Assembly: GCA_965222885.1 (NCBI GenBank) | Contig: OZ244973.1 | Span: 1,157,664-1,221,663 of the forward strand | DNA from: Terriglobia bacterium | Lineage (GTDB): Bacteria > Acidobacteriota > Terriglobia > UBA7540 > JAPUME01 | Direction: 5' to 3' | Length of the DNA: 64,000 nucleotides | Shown: piece by piece, positions 38,102-49,961 of the stretch | Layout of the letters: every line of letters begins with the position of its first letter | How positions within the stretch are numbered: the stretch's first letter is position 1 | The notes under the pieces: model-generated | Told to the model about the DNA's origin: nothing | Database searches by the model: none | The model's input: only the letters and a program-made list of their open reading frames with translations | Position numbers and translations under genes: made by a program

Positions 38102-38604
38102 GGGCAGCAGCGGGTGTCCCCGCCCATCCGCCGCCCTCAATCACGCTACGGAGCGGGGAGGTCCGCAGCGTCCGATAAGTTTTCTTTCTCGCCGCCGCTC
38201 CCTCCTCGCGAAGCCTTTGCGGCGCCTTGCTTACTACTACGATGCCAGTATGAGCAAGGCGGTCGTATGGCTGTCAAGTAAAAACGACACGAAACGAAGA
38301 CATGCACAACATCTAGTACTTTTTCTGCATCCGAGGCGCGTTCAGCGTGCGCAACGACACCTCCCGAACGGCCACCGGCCACCTCCACGGGTTCGCAGAC
38401 CCGGAGGATCGGTGCCACCCGACATCCGAGCCGGAAGGGAGATTCCCGCGCATTCTTGCGGTGGATACGCTATACTGATCGCATCGGACTGGGAAATGGA
38501 GTCCTTCAGAGTTACGCGGCCCCGGTGCGCAGTCGAATGGGTCAGCTTTACCGCGAACCAACCTTCAGCCGCGTAGAGCAACAGAATCTACCAGAGGAGC
38601 GTCG

Positions 38605-39402
38605 ATGAAGGCGAACCGAGTCAAACAGGCCTTGAAGGCCGGCGATAGTGTTCTCGGCACCATGATTCATGAGGTCCGGAACCCCGAGCTTGCCTACTTG
38701 CTGGCGGCGGCGGGAATGGACTTCCTGCTGGTGGACACCGAACACGCCTCGCCGGACACCGAAACGATACAAAACCTGACCCGAGCCGCTAAATCAGCCG
38801 GTATGGTTCCCCTGGCCAGAGTGACCGACAACGAATACTTCCTGATCGCGCGGACCCTCGATATGGGCGTCATGGGAGTCATGGTGCCCCGGGTGGACAC
38901 TCGGCAGGAGGCGGAGCGCGCGGTCGCCGCGGTAAAGTACCCGCCGGAAGGACGCCGAGGGTTCGGAATGCGCCCGGTCATCACCGATTACGAATCGACC
39001 AGCGTACCCGAGGCCATGGCTTGGTCCAATGAAAATACGCTGGTGATTCTCCAGGTAGAGAGCGAGGCGGCCGTGGCCAACCTGGAGCAAATCACCCGCG
39101 TCCCCGGGGTGGACGTGTCGCTGGTCGGGCTGAACGACCTGTCGATTTCTCTGGGGGTGCCGGGGGATTTCAAGCATCCGCGAATCGAGGAGGCTCTGCG
39201 GCGGGTGTTCGAAGTGTGCCCGCAAAACGGGGTCTCGCCGGCGGTTCATGTATCGGACATCGAATCCGCCAAGCGATACCGCGCAAGGGGGATGCGGTTC
39301 ATTATGCTGGCTTCGGAAAGCCGCCTTCTCATGAAGGTCGCCTCGCACGCGGTTCGTGAAATCATGGGGGACCCCCGCCGTGAGGGGAAGGGGCTGTACT
39401 GA
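38605..39402 (+). CDS. HpcH/HpaI family aldolase
   Basis: GMDFLLVDTEHA...VPRVDTRQEAERAVAAVKYPPEGRRGFG... are typical class II aldolase (HpaI/GarL) motifs. Confidence 0.85.
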   Translation: MKANRVKQALKAGDSVLGTMIHEVRNPELAYLLAAAGMDFLLVDTEHASPDTETIQNLTRAAKSAGMVPLARVTDNEYFLIARTLDMGVMGVMVPRVDTRQEAERAVAAVKYPPEGRRGFGMRPVITDYESTSVPEAMAWSNENTLVILQVESEAAVANLEQITRVPGVDVSLVGLNDLSISLGVPGDFKHPRIEEALRRVFEVCPQNGVSPAVHVSDIESAKRYRARGMRFIMLASESRLLMKVASHAVREIMGDPRREGKGLY

Positions 39403-39574
39403 ATTCATACCGAAGCGCGAGACCTTTGCGTAGAAAGAAACCCATGACGGGGTTGAGTCAAAAAGAGGGGCCTGGGGCGATAGGGACACCTTTGCTTGAA
39501 ACCCCTTGACTTGAGTCAAGTTGTTGACATAGACTACGTAATTCTGTTCGATCCCACTTTCCAGGAGACTGCCC

Positions 39575-40084
39575 ATGGAGTTCCAACTAGGAGAAAAGGT
39601 TGTGTATCCAAATCAAGGAGTTGGAACGATCGAGCAAATTTCCAGCAAGGGATTTAACGGACGCCCCGAGGGTTATTACCTGCTGCGGATTCGGTCCAAT
39701 AGCCTTCGCGTCATCGTGCCCTTTACCAGTACCCAGACCGTAGGGCTGCGACGAGTGGCCAAAGGTAAGGAGCTGAGTGGGATTCTCAATTTCGTACAGA
39801 ATGGCCAATGCGCTATGGCCCGCAATTGGAAATGGCGTTATAAGGAAAATTGCGACAAGATGCGGAGCGGCGAGTTGCAGCACGTGGCCGAGGTCCTTAA
39901 ATCCCTCCTGACCCTCAACCAGGATAAGGCCCTCTCCTTCCGGGAAAAGAAGATGCTCGAACGGGCATGGCAGTTGCTGGTGGAGGAAATCGCCACCGTC
40001 CGCAATTGCTCCCGCCAAGCGGGTGAATTACTTCTCTCCAAGGTGGTTACCAAAGCCAACCTGAAACCGGTCCTGCCTAACTGA
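39575..40084 (+). CDS. carD: CarD/CdnL family RNA-polymerase-binding regulator
   Basis: FQLGEKVVYPNQGVGTIEQI...YYLLRI...VPF is the CarD_CdnL_TRCF N-domain. Confidence 0.9.
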   Translation: MEFQLGEKVVYPNQGVGTIEQISSKGFNGRPEGYYLLRIRSNSLRVIVPFTSTQTVGLRRVAKGKELSGILNFVQNGQCAMARNWKWRYKENCDKMRSGELQHVAEVLKSLLTLNQDKALSFREKKMLERAWQLLVEEIATVRNCSRQAGELLLSKVVTKANLKPVLPN

Positions 40085-40274
40085 GCAGGAAGACATTCCC
40101 CCCTAACCTCACTGAATGGGGCCTCATTCATCTCTTTATGCTTCGCGGACCCCGGAACCTCCCGGGCTGACCCGTCGTAATTGCAATGGCTCCTGAATAT
40201 ACGGAAGTGTAGGTAACGGGAGAATATTTTTCCACCGAATTGAGGCCTTTTTACAGCCCCTTTCCACAGGTTTT

Positions 40275-40320
40275 GCACAATATTTTGCGGTTTGGCCGGA
40301 ACTGGCCCAATATTTAGTGG
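40275..40320 (+). promoter_or_regulatory. Two tandem NrdR boxes upstream of nrdJ
   Basis: GCACAATATTTTGCGG (40275-40290) and GCCCAATATTTAGTGG (40305-40320) each match the acaCwAtATaTwGtgt consensus at 12/16 positions and start 30 bp apart. They are followed by TTGACA (40330-40335) and TATAAA (40351-40356). Confidence 0.6.
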
Positions 40321-40520
40321 CTTTTTTCCTTGACAAGCACTCCTTCCTTTTATAAATTCACCTTGGCACAGGTCTTCAAGTCGGGTACCTGAAACGGGAG
40401 CAATAGACGGCAAAAGTAATTTGCCATTTGTCCATGGGTTTCCCACGGGGGTGCGCGGCAGGTTGCCTGTCCTAATTCCTCATTGATTTCGTTAATTACA
40501 TAGAGCACGGAGGTACAACG

Positions 40521-43415
<2,895 letters not shown>

Positions 43416-43719
43416 GCGGGTCGAGAACGGCGATTTGCGGCGCTACATCACGTCCCAACGGTTATCGAAGTAGGGTTCACGGATGATTTTTCCCCTGCCT
43501 ACGACAAAAAATCCCACCCCCAGGGAGGTACCTGCCTCCTTCTTACCACTGGCTCCTGGGGACTTGGTGAGCAGCTCCCACAGCGAGTCGAGAGCCTGTC
43601 TCCGCTTTACCGCAGCGAAACCTGAATACGGACTACCCATCCGGTTACCAACGGGTGAGTAGTCCTCCCTCCCTCCGCCTTCCTACCTCGTGCGGAAACC
43701 AAAAACAAAGTTCGGGTTT

Positions 43720-43863
43720 TTTGTGGATTGGAAAGCGGTATCAATGGCTTCTATCACCGTGTTCGGAAAGCAGCATTCCCACCGCTACTTGAGTGAGTTT
43801 GATTTCAGGTATAATGTGCAAGGAGTCTCGGATAGAGCCCGCACAGCGATAGCTATTCAGTGA
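43720..43863 (+). pseudogene. IS1595-family transposase, C-terminal stub
   Basis: ...FGKQHSHRYLSEFDFRYNVQGVSDRARTAIAIQ* parallels HHLQRYIDEFCYRYNLRHE... of the intact copy at 11200-12072. Confidence 0.6.
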
Positions 43864-43925
43864 GTAGAAGGAACTGGTGCCTCATGTATCGGGACTCACC
43901 GCATCAGATCAAAGGGAGAGTTTAT

Positions 43926-44432
43926 ATGAGTCAGCGTCAAAGCTACCGATTCATAATCGACGCCTTCGCACCTGAAACAATCCCAATGTCCCGATTGGCA
44001 GAATATATGTCTGAATTGGCAAAGCTACTCGGAAGCCAAGAGCGTGTCCATTTCGTTCGTGTAGAACCGGGAAGCACTGTGCTGGTGCAAGAAATAGAGC
44101 ATGAGGCCATCCCAAAGGTTAGAGAACGACTAGGAGAAATCAAAACTCGGATCGCTCCAGAAGACGCCATAAAGGCATACTCCAATATAGACAGTAGGCG
44201 AAGAGGAGCTGGCACAACGTGAGCCAAGATTAAATTCGATCACCAGATTGTCGCCATAGCTAAAGTTGAGAATGTACAGGCGATCTACTCGGATGACAAA
44301 GATGTAGAAAAATACGGGAAGGCTATCGGAATAGAAGTTAAAAAGATTGTTAACCTTCCACTTCCTCCACCAAAACAGGACGAGCTTTGGGAAGAAAATG
44401 CCGAAAAAGATGAAGACCCAACGCGCGGTTAA
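43926..44432 (+). pseudogene. Hypothetical ORF interrupted by an in-frame TGA (44220-44222); the C-terminal part is PIN-like by recollection
   Basis: MSQRQSYRF...RRRGAGTT-TGA-AKIKFDHQIVAIAKVENVQAIYSDDKDVEKYGKAIGIEV.. are in one frame. Low-GC junk region. Confidence 0.35.
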
Positions 44433-44587
44433 GGAGAGGATATAACTAAGGCCCTTTCGTTTTGCGGAAGATGTCTCTGATCTCCTGAAAGTGAAGCCGA
44501 AGAGGCAATAACCAAACACGCAACGGCCAAGAAAATAAAAGAGGGTGCCTAAACGATAGAGCCGGTATCATCAGAAGAAGGAACCGA

Positions 44588-45766
44588 ATGGCCAACACCT
44601 TTCAAAACGATCTGCTCAAGGTCTATAGGTCCGTAACCCGGCCGAATAAGCTCGCGACGGTGATCTTTTTTGTCACCTCGGTCTGCAACGCCAAGTGCCG
44701 GACGTGCTTTTACTGGAAGGAACTCAACCAGCGGGGAGACCTGACCTGGGACGAGATTCACCGCCTCAGCGAGACCATGCCCCGGTTTACGGACCTTTGG
44801 CTATCCGGCGGCGAGCCGATGCTGCGGCGCGAACTGACCGCGATTCTCCACCTCTTCTACGTCAACAACGGCATCCGCTGGGTGAACCTGCCCACCAACG
44901 GCCTGCTGCCGGAGCGGACGGCGGAATGGGTCGCGCGCATACTGACGGAAAATCCCGACCTGAACCTGGACCTGAATATCGCCATGGACGGGCTCGGCCA
45001 GATGCAGGACTCGATCCGCGCCGTTCCGGGCAACTTCCGCAAGACGTTGGAAACCATCGAAGCCGTGCAGCTTTGCCGTCAAAAGTTTGACAACCTGCGG
45101 GTGAACATCAATACGGTAATCTGCGCCGAAAATTTCGATTCCGTGCTCGATATCGCCGACTTCGTCAAGAAAAACTGCGCCGTGGACGGCCATTACTTCA
45201 ACATCATCCGCGGCAATGCGAAAGACCTGGCCCTCAAGAAGGTTCCCACCGAGAGGCTCCCGGCGCTCTATCAAGAGCTCCAGAAGAATTACGAGCACTA
45301 TGCTCCGACCATGCTGCGCCGGCTGAAAGGCTTCAAGAAACGGATCGGGCACGTTTACTATCAGGGGACCCTGGCCTTCCACAATAAAGTCCAGCTCGAA
45401 AACCTGGAATCTCCTCACCCCTGGCCCATGCCCTGTACGGCCGGAGAGACGGCCATCGTCATCGACTACAACGGAGATGTACGAGCTTGCGAGCTACGGG
45501 ATAACCTGGGGAACTTGCGCGATTTCGGGTGCGACTTCTCCAAGTTCTGGGCGACTCAGACGCGCACCGAAGAGCTTGACGCCATCGTGCGCGACCAGTG
45601 TTGGTGCACCCACGTCTGCTTCATCCACGACAGCCTTCGCCATTCCCCGAAGGTCCTGCTGCACGACATCCCGGCCACCTACCTCGAATACAAATTCGGC
45701 TCCGGTAAAGCAGACGCCCGCAACTCCGCGGCTGCTCCGCGGGTTGCTCCCGCGTCCTCGGTTTGA
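44588..45766 (+). CDS. Radical SAM protein with a Cys-rich (SPASM-like) C-terminal region
   Basis: CNAKCRTCFYW (CxxxCxxC), GGEPML, and later C...C..C....C (CELRD...CDF...CWCTHVC). Confidence 0.85.
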   Translation: MANTFQNDLLKVYRSVTRPNKLATVIFFVTSVCNAKCRTCFYWKELNQRGDLTWDEIHRLSETMPRFTDLWLSGGEPMLRRELTAILHLFYVNNGIRWVNLPTNGLLPERTAEWVARILTENPDLNLDLNIAMDGLGQMQDSIRAVPGNFRKTLETIEAVQLCRQKFDNLRVNINTVICAENFDSVLDIADFVKKNCAVDGHYFNIIRGNAKDLALKKVPTERLPALYQELQKNYEHYAPTMLRRLKGFKKRIGHVYYQGTLAFHNKVQLENLESPHPWPMPCTAGETAIVIDYNGDVRACELRDNLGNLRDFGCDFSKFWATQTRTEELDAIVRDQCWCTHVCFIHDSLRHSPKVLLHDIPATYLEYKFGSGKADARNSAAAPRVAPASSV

Positions 45767-45776
45767 AGTTCCGCGT

Positions 45777-46226
45777 TTACTTGGCGATTTTCAGACGCAG
45801 AAGACGCGCCACCGAACGCGCTGTCGAAGGACTCTTCAGGGGTATGCGGAGATAGGCAATCTTCTCGGGGAAGCGAACCTTGCGAATGGCTGTCCGGAGG
45901 GAAACAGGAAGTTTCTCAACCGACAGGAAGTTCTTCTGAGCCGCCCGGTCCATGGGAACGCTCACTTCCGCTCTTCCCGGAAGCATATGAACCCTGCACA
46001 GGGTTGTCCGACCGAATTGGTAGCGCGGCATCCAACCCAATTCGCTTCCGTAATAGCGGATTTCCTCACGGACGTCCCCCAGTTTTCCCAAATGCCCGCG
46101 TAGCTCATTACACAAAATCGCGGCCCGGTCCCCGGCCATCCGTACCAACTGGCTCCATTCCGGCTTTCGATTCCGGCCGCGATAGAGATTGACCGACGGT
46201 CTTCGATTGTTTATCTTCGTGGCCAT
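45777..46226 (-). CDS. Hypothetical protein
   Basis: 150 aa from MATKINNRRP. No family recognised. Confidence 0.5.
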   Translation of the reverse strand: MATKINNRRPSVNLYRGRNRKPEWSQLVRMAGDRAAILCNELRGHLGKLGDVREEIRYYGSELGWMPRYQFGRTTLCRVHMLPGRAEVSVPMDRAAQKNFLSVEKLPVSLRTAIRKVRFPEKIAYLRIPLKSPSTARSVARLLRLKIAK

Positions 46227-46392
46227 AAGGTTAACTGATCTCGAGCAACGGCAGGCGCGGCTTTTATTATCCCACAACCGAGTCCCGAGACCACTCCCTT
46301 TCCCACCTCCCATCCCCAAGGATCGGAATGAAGACTGCGACTTCGGAGGCTGATCCACGGGCAAGGCGTGGTAATCTATTCAGCCCGGAAAA

Positions 46393-47016
46393 ATGAAAGG
46401 TCAATTTCCGGAGGCTGTCATGATCGAAAGCGCTGCTCAGAAGCTGGGAAAATTTCTTTCTGCCTACGGCGCCCCGGGTCTTTTCGGGATCGCCTTTTTG
46501 GATTCCTCCTTCGTCTCTCTTCCGGGAATAAATGACGTTCTGTTGGTGTACCTCTCCAGCCGTCAGCCGGCTTCGGCCCCGTTGTATGCGCTTCTTTCCC
46601 TCGCCGGATCCATCTTGGGTGGGATGACTCTGTACTGGCTGGGCCGAACCGGCAGCGGTTGGGTAGTTCGGAAGAAGTTCTCGCGAGCCAAGCTGGAGCG
46701 GGCACGCCCGTGGCTGGACCGTAACGGATTCGTCTCGGTAATCGTCATGTCCTTACTGCCCCCGCCGGCGCCCTTCAAGCTGTTCCTTCTGGCCGCGGGG
46801 GTTTTTCGACTCCACGTACTGCAATTCGTGGCGGGCTTGTGTGTGGGCCGCTCGGTCCGATTCGGGGTGGTAGCCTATCTGGGAGCCCGTTACGGCCGGG
46901 CGGCAGAGGCCTATCTGCGGGAAAACACCGGCTGGGCCTCAGCGGTCCTGATCGGGGTGGCCTTGCTAAGCTACCTGATCTACCGCCGCTTCCGTCCAGC
47001 GAGTTCTTCCGAATAA
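46393..47016 (+). CDS. YqaA/DedA-type (VTT domain) membrane protein
   Basis: GLFGIAFLDSSFVSLPGINDVLLV...LAGSILGGMTLYWLGR pattern. Confidence 0.65.
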   Translation: MKGQFPEAVMIESAAQKLGKFLSAYGAPGLFGIAFLDSSFVSLPGINDVLLVYLSSRQPASAPLYALLSLAGSILGGMTLYWLGRTGSGWVVRKKFSRAKLERARPWLDRNGFVSVIVMSLLPPPAPFKLFLLAAGVFRLHVLQFVAGLCVGRSVRFGVVAYLGARYGRAAEAYLRENTGWASAVLIGVALLSYLIYRRFRPASSSE

Positions 47017-48041
47017 CGGTTAGGGAAGCCGCCCGGCGGACCGGAAAAGCTGAATTCTTCACTCAAGACCTCAAGCCGAGAGTCCATTTCGACCCTTACC
47101 ACAAAACCCTGGCGGCGCCGGGTCGCGGAAAGGAACCGCAAATCCCGGATCTCAACCACAAAACCGTTGGGAGCGTCGTGGCTTGTCAACCAAGCATGAC
47201 GGGCGAAATCGGAGAAGACCTGCGCTGTTTCCGTCTTTAGGGCCGCTTCAAATACCAGATTCCGTTGGGGCTTGCGAAAAAGGCGGACCCTGTCAGGGAC
47301 CACCGCCGCACCGAGAGTATCAACCGGCACCACATGGAAAGCCGATGCCGTTTCCACAATCCCAGTCCAGAAGAAGGGATTGACGGGGGATGGATACGCC
47401 CCTACGCTGACGGGCAATTCCGCCGCATAGGGGCCCGAATCCAGCCTATCCAAAGCCCGGCGATGAGTCACATCCCTCAGACCCCACCATAAGCCCATGA
47501 ATACGAGCCCCAGAACCGCCCCCCACCGATGATCCGGATTTCCGGTTCCCACCTCCTCGGCCACCAGCCGGAACAGCGCCGGCAACAGAAGGGCAGCCAA
47601 TAGAACCAGCAACAAGACCGGATCGATAATGAACATGATGTCCCAACCATACCAAGCCTCGTTGAAGGGCAGAAAAGGACGCACGCCGTAGGAATTCGTA
47701 AAGTCGAGCAAAAGATGGCTCGCTGTGCCGATCCAGCAGACCGCGAGCAGCTTCCAAGGCCTTATCTGGGGGGGAGTCCGGCCCCGCGCGCGCGCAACGG
47801 CCCACGAAAGACCCAAAACGGTGGCGGCCAAACCCACCGCCAGAACCGTCACTCCCACCAACGAGTGCGTAATGCCTCGATGGTATTTCAAGTAGGCGGT
47901 GGAGCCTTCCAACCACGTAACGATGTCCAGGTCGGGGAGATTAGACCCGACAACCAAACTCAGGGTCGCGTAGGGTGTGAGCCGGTTCAAGCCGGCGCGC
48001 GAAAGGGCGACGGCAGTCAGAGCGTGCGTCAGGTTGTCCAT
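46980..48041 (-). CDS. Membrane-bound metal-dependent hydrolase (YdjM/DUF457)
   Basis: MDNLTHALTAVALSRAG...NLPDLD...HRGITHS are typical of the family. Confidence 0.8.
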   Translation of the reverse strand: MDNLTHALTAVALSRAGLNRLTPYATLSLVVGSNLPDLDIVTWLEGSTAYLKYHRGITHSLVGVTVLAVGLAATVLGLSWAVARARGRTPPQIRPWKLLAVCWIGTASHLLLDFTNSYGVRPFLPFNEAWYGWDIMFIIDPVLLLVLLAALLLPALFRLVAEEVGTGNPDHRWGAVLGLVFMGLWWGLRDVTHRRALDRLDSGPYAAELPVSVGAYPSPVNPFFWTGIVETASAFHVVPVDTLGAAVVPDRVRLFRKPQRNLVFEAALKTETAQVFSDFARHAWLTSHDAPNGFVVEIRDLRFLSATRRRQGFVVRVEMDSRLEVLSEEFSFSGPPGGFPNRYSEELAGRKRR

Positions 48042-48051
48042 GGCGTCGAAA

Positions 48052-49005
48052 TCAAGGCACAACGCCGGAAACACGCGGCCGGGGTGGCACCAAAAGAGTC
48101 AGCATGTCGGAAACCAACTCGAATTCCGCCGGCAGGCTGCCTGCCAACTCACCGTCCACCTCCAGGTAAACCTGGTTCCCGACATCGTTCGAGGGCGTAC
48201 AGCCGAGCCGCTGAACGCGATATACCTCCACGTCGGCAAAGGTGGCATGGAGACCCGTAATCATCCCCGCCAAATATTTAAGGTAACTCCCCCGCCCGGC
48301 GCCCCGGAAAAGGCATGCTACCAAGTGATCGGCAAAAAGATCGGCCCCCGGAGTGACCCGAAAGGACCCGGCATAGTGTTTCGTGCGCCCCAGGACAAGG
48401 AAGGTAGCTCGGCGTACCGTGCTCGCGGCGGAACACTCAAAAGGAACCCGAGGGTGGCGCCACCATTGGCGGAGTGCTTCCACTGCGTAGGCGGCCTTGC
48501 CCCAACGAAATTTGCAGGACTCCGAAAGGGCACGTATGATGGCGGCATCGAAACCCACCCCGGCCAGGCTTAAAAAGTAGCGTTCCCCCTCCGCCCAGCG
48601 GACCCGTCCGAGCCCGATACGCCGTGCTTCCCAGCTTGGCAGCACTCGGGCAGCCTGAACGGGTGAGGCGGGTAATCGCAGCTCGCGCGCCAGGATATTC
48701 GCGGTGCCCCCGGGCAGCACGCCGAGGGGAATTGTGGAGCCGGCTATGCCGTTGATCACTTCGTTGATGGTCCCATCACCGCCGCAGACAACAATCAGGG
48801 GGACGTTTCGGCTTACAGCCTCCGCGGCAAGCCGCCGGGCACTGTCAGGACCCGTCGTCACCGCAATCTCAAGCCGGGTACCGTGATCCTGCAGGACTTC
48901 CACGGCCTGAAAAATCTGCTTTTGTCTTCGGCTCGGAGCCCCACCGGCGACGGGATTGTAAATCAGGATGCCCTGTTGAACAGGTCGCGTCACGACTTCG
49001 GCCAT
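48052..49005 (-). CDS. Diacylglycerol/lipid kinase family protein (YegS/BmrU-like)
   Basis: ILIYNPVAGG...VVCGGDGTINEV...LGVLPGGTANILAREL. Confidence 0.9.
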   Translation of the reverse strand: MAEVVTRPVQQGILIYNPVAGGAPSRRQKQIFQAVEVLQDHGTRLEIAVTTGPDSARRLAAEAVSRNVPLIVVCGGDGTINEVINGIAGSTIPLGVLPGGTANILARELRLPASPVQAARVLPSWEARRIGLGRVRWAEGERYFLSLAGVGFDAAIIRALSESCKFRWGKAAYAVEALRQWWRHPRVPFECSAASTVRRATFLVLGRTKHYAGSFRVTPGADLFADHLVACLFRGAGRGSYLKYLAGMITGLHATFADVEVYRVQRLGCTPSNDVGNQVYLEVDGELAGSLPAEFELVSDMLTLLVPPRPRVSGVVP

Positions 49006-49229
49006 GGATTTCGGCAACGGGCGCGAACACCCGCTCGGTCATAGAGTTTACACGGAAAGTCCGAAGAAGGCCCGAAGAGGGAAGGAAGCGTCCGAACGCC
49101 CTGTTGGACAGGTCGCGTCACGAATCGATACGTTCACCAAAATATCGTGGTTTCCGTAAGCCCCCTCGGACAACGGCCGGCCTTAGAAAATTTAAGCAAG
49201 ATTCGTATGCGCGGCAGAACAGGACCGGG

Positions 49230-49604
49230 CTATCGGGTCTGAGTGGCGAACACTCCGCTTATAATCCGCTTCGCGATCAGGTTGCCCTTCTTATCTTCCT
49301 TGACATCGATGTAAACCGGATCGCCCACCTTTACGGTGTCGGCTGAGGCCCGCTTTCCATCGCGGACGTATTTGGTCTTTTTGACAATCTGGAAGGCCGG
49401 GTCGGTCCCGAAGTGGGTCTTCGTCAGGACAATTTCCTTGTCGCTGATCTTCTTCACAATCCCATACGTCAAGTTTTGAAAGTGACGGCCGATACCCGTG
49501 GGATCGCCGAATCGCACGGTGGCTTGGGGTGGGTCCTGCGAATGAAGGTCGGCGACCGGAGGAACCAACACGCATAAGATAAGTGAAAAAATTAGGTGCT
49601 TCAT
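49230..49604 (-). CDS. Small secreted protein
   Basis: Signal peptide MKHLIFSLILCVLVPPVA. Beta-rich, DUF5666-like pattern (VKVGDPVYIDV). Confidence 0.6.
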   Translation of the reverse strand: MKHLIFSLILCVLVPPVADLHSQDPPQATVRFGDPTGIGRHFQNLTYGIVKKISDKEIVLTKTHFGTDPAFQIVKKTKYVRDGKRASADTVKVGDPVYIDVKEDKKGNLIAKRIISGVFATQTR

Positions 49605-49961
49605 AGCTGATCTTTATTCCCGTGTTCCAAGGCTAACAACTCCATCTTGGGGTGTCAAGCCGGTGTACATGCGGATCTGAGGTTGAGCCGACAGGGTGCT
49701 TGGCGTATTCTTGGGAGCGAAGGGGAAACTCGAATCGGAAAGTCCGGACCAGCCCCTTTGTTTCTCGGTAGCCAATTTTAGGCGGGCGCAACGAGAAGCT
49801 CGAGGGTCCGTATGCGGTGGCGTCCGCCACCGCCAATATTTATTAAAGACCTGAACTGGCAAAGCGACCGAGAGGCCGGCGGGTCGGAAGTCTTGGTCAG
49901 CTCTGAGGTCGAAAACCCCGTCCCAGTGTAGAATGCAGGTCGTCACGGTCAAGGAGCTTAA

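Noticed and set aside
38385-38420. CCACGGGTTCGCAGACCCGGAGGATCGGTGCCA resembles a T-arm plus ...CCA end.
   Set aside because: The T-stem is only 4 bp with an 8-nt loop, and the spacing to the CCA does not fit a 7-bp acceptor plus discriminator. No D or anticodon arms are present.
40357-40520. Possible cobalamin riboswitch in the ~160-nt nrdJ leader, since the enzyme uses AdoCbl.
   Set aside because: I could not find a B12-box-like element (consensus around AGYCMGGAGACCKGCC / GCCACTG). B12 riboswitches typically repress B12-independent isozymes rather than nrdJ. NrdR boxes already explain the regulation.
44220-44222. The in-frame TGA as a selenocysteine or programmed read-through site.
   Set aside because: There is no SECIS-like hairpin immediately downstream. 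The region is low-GC junk next to an IS stub, and the two halves do not look like one conserved family.
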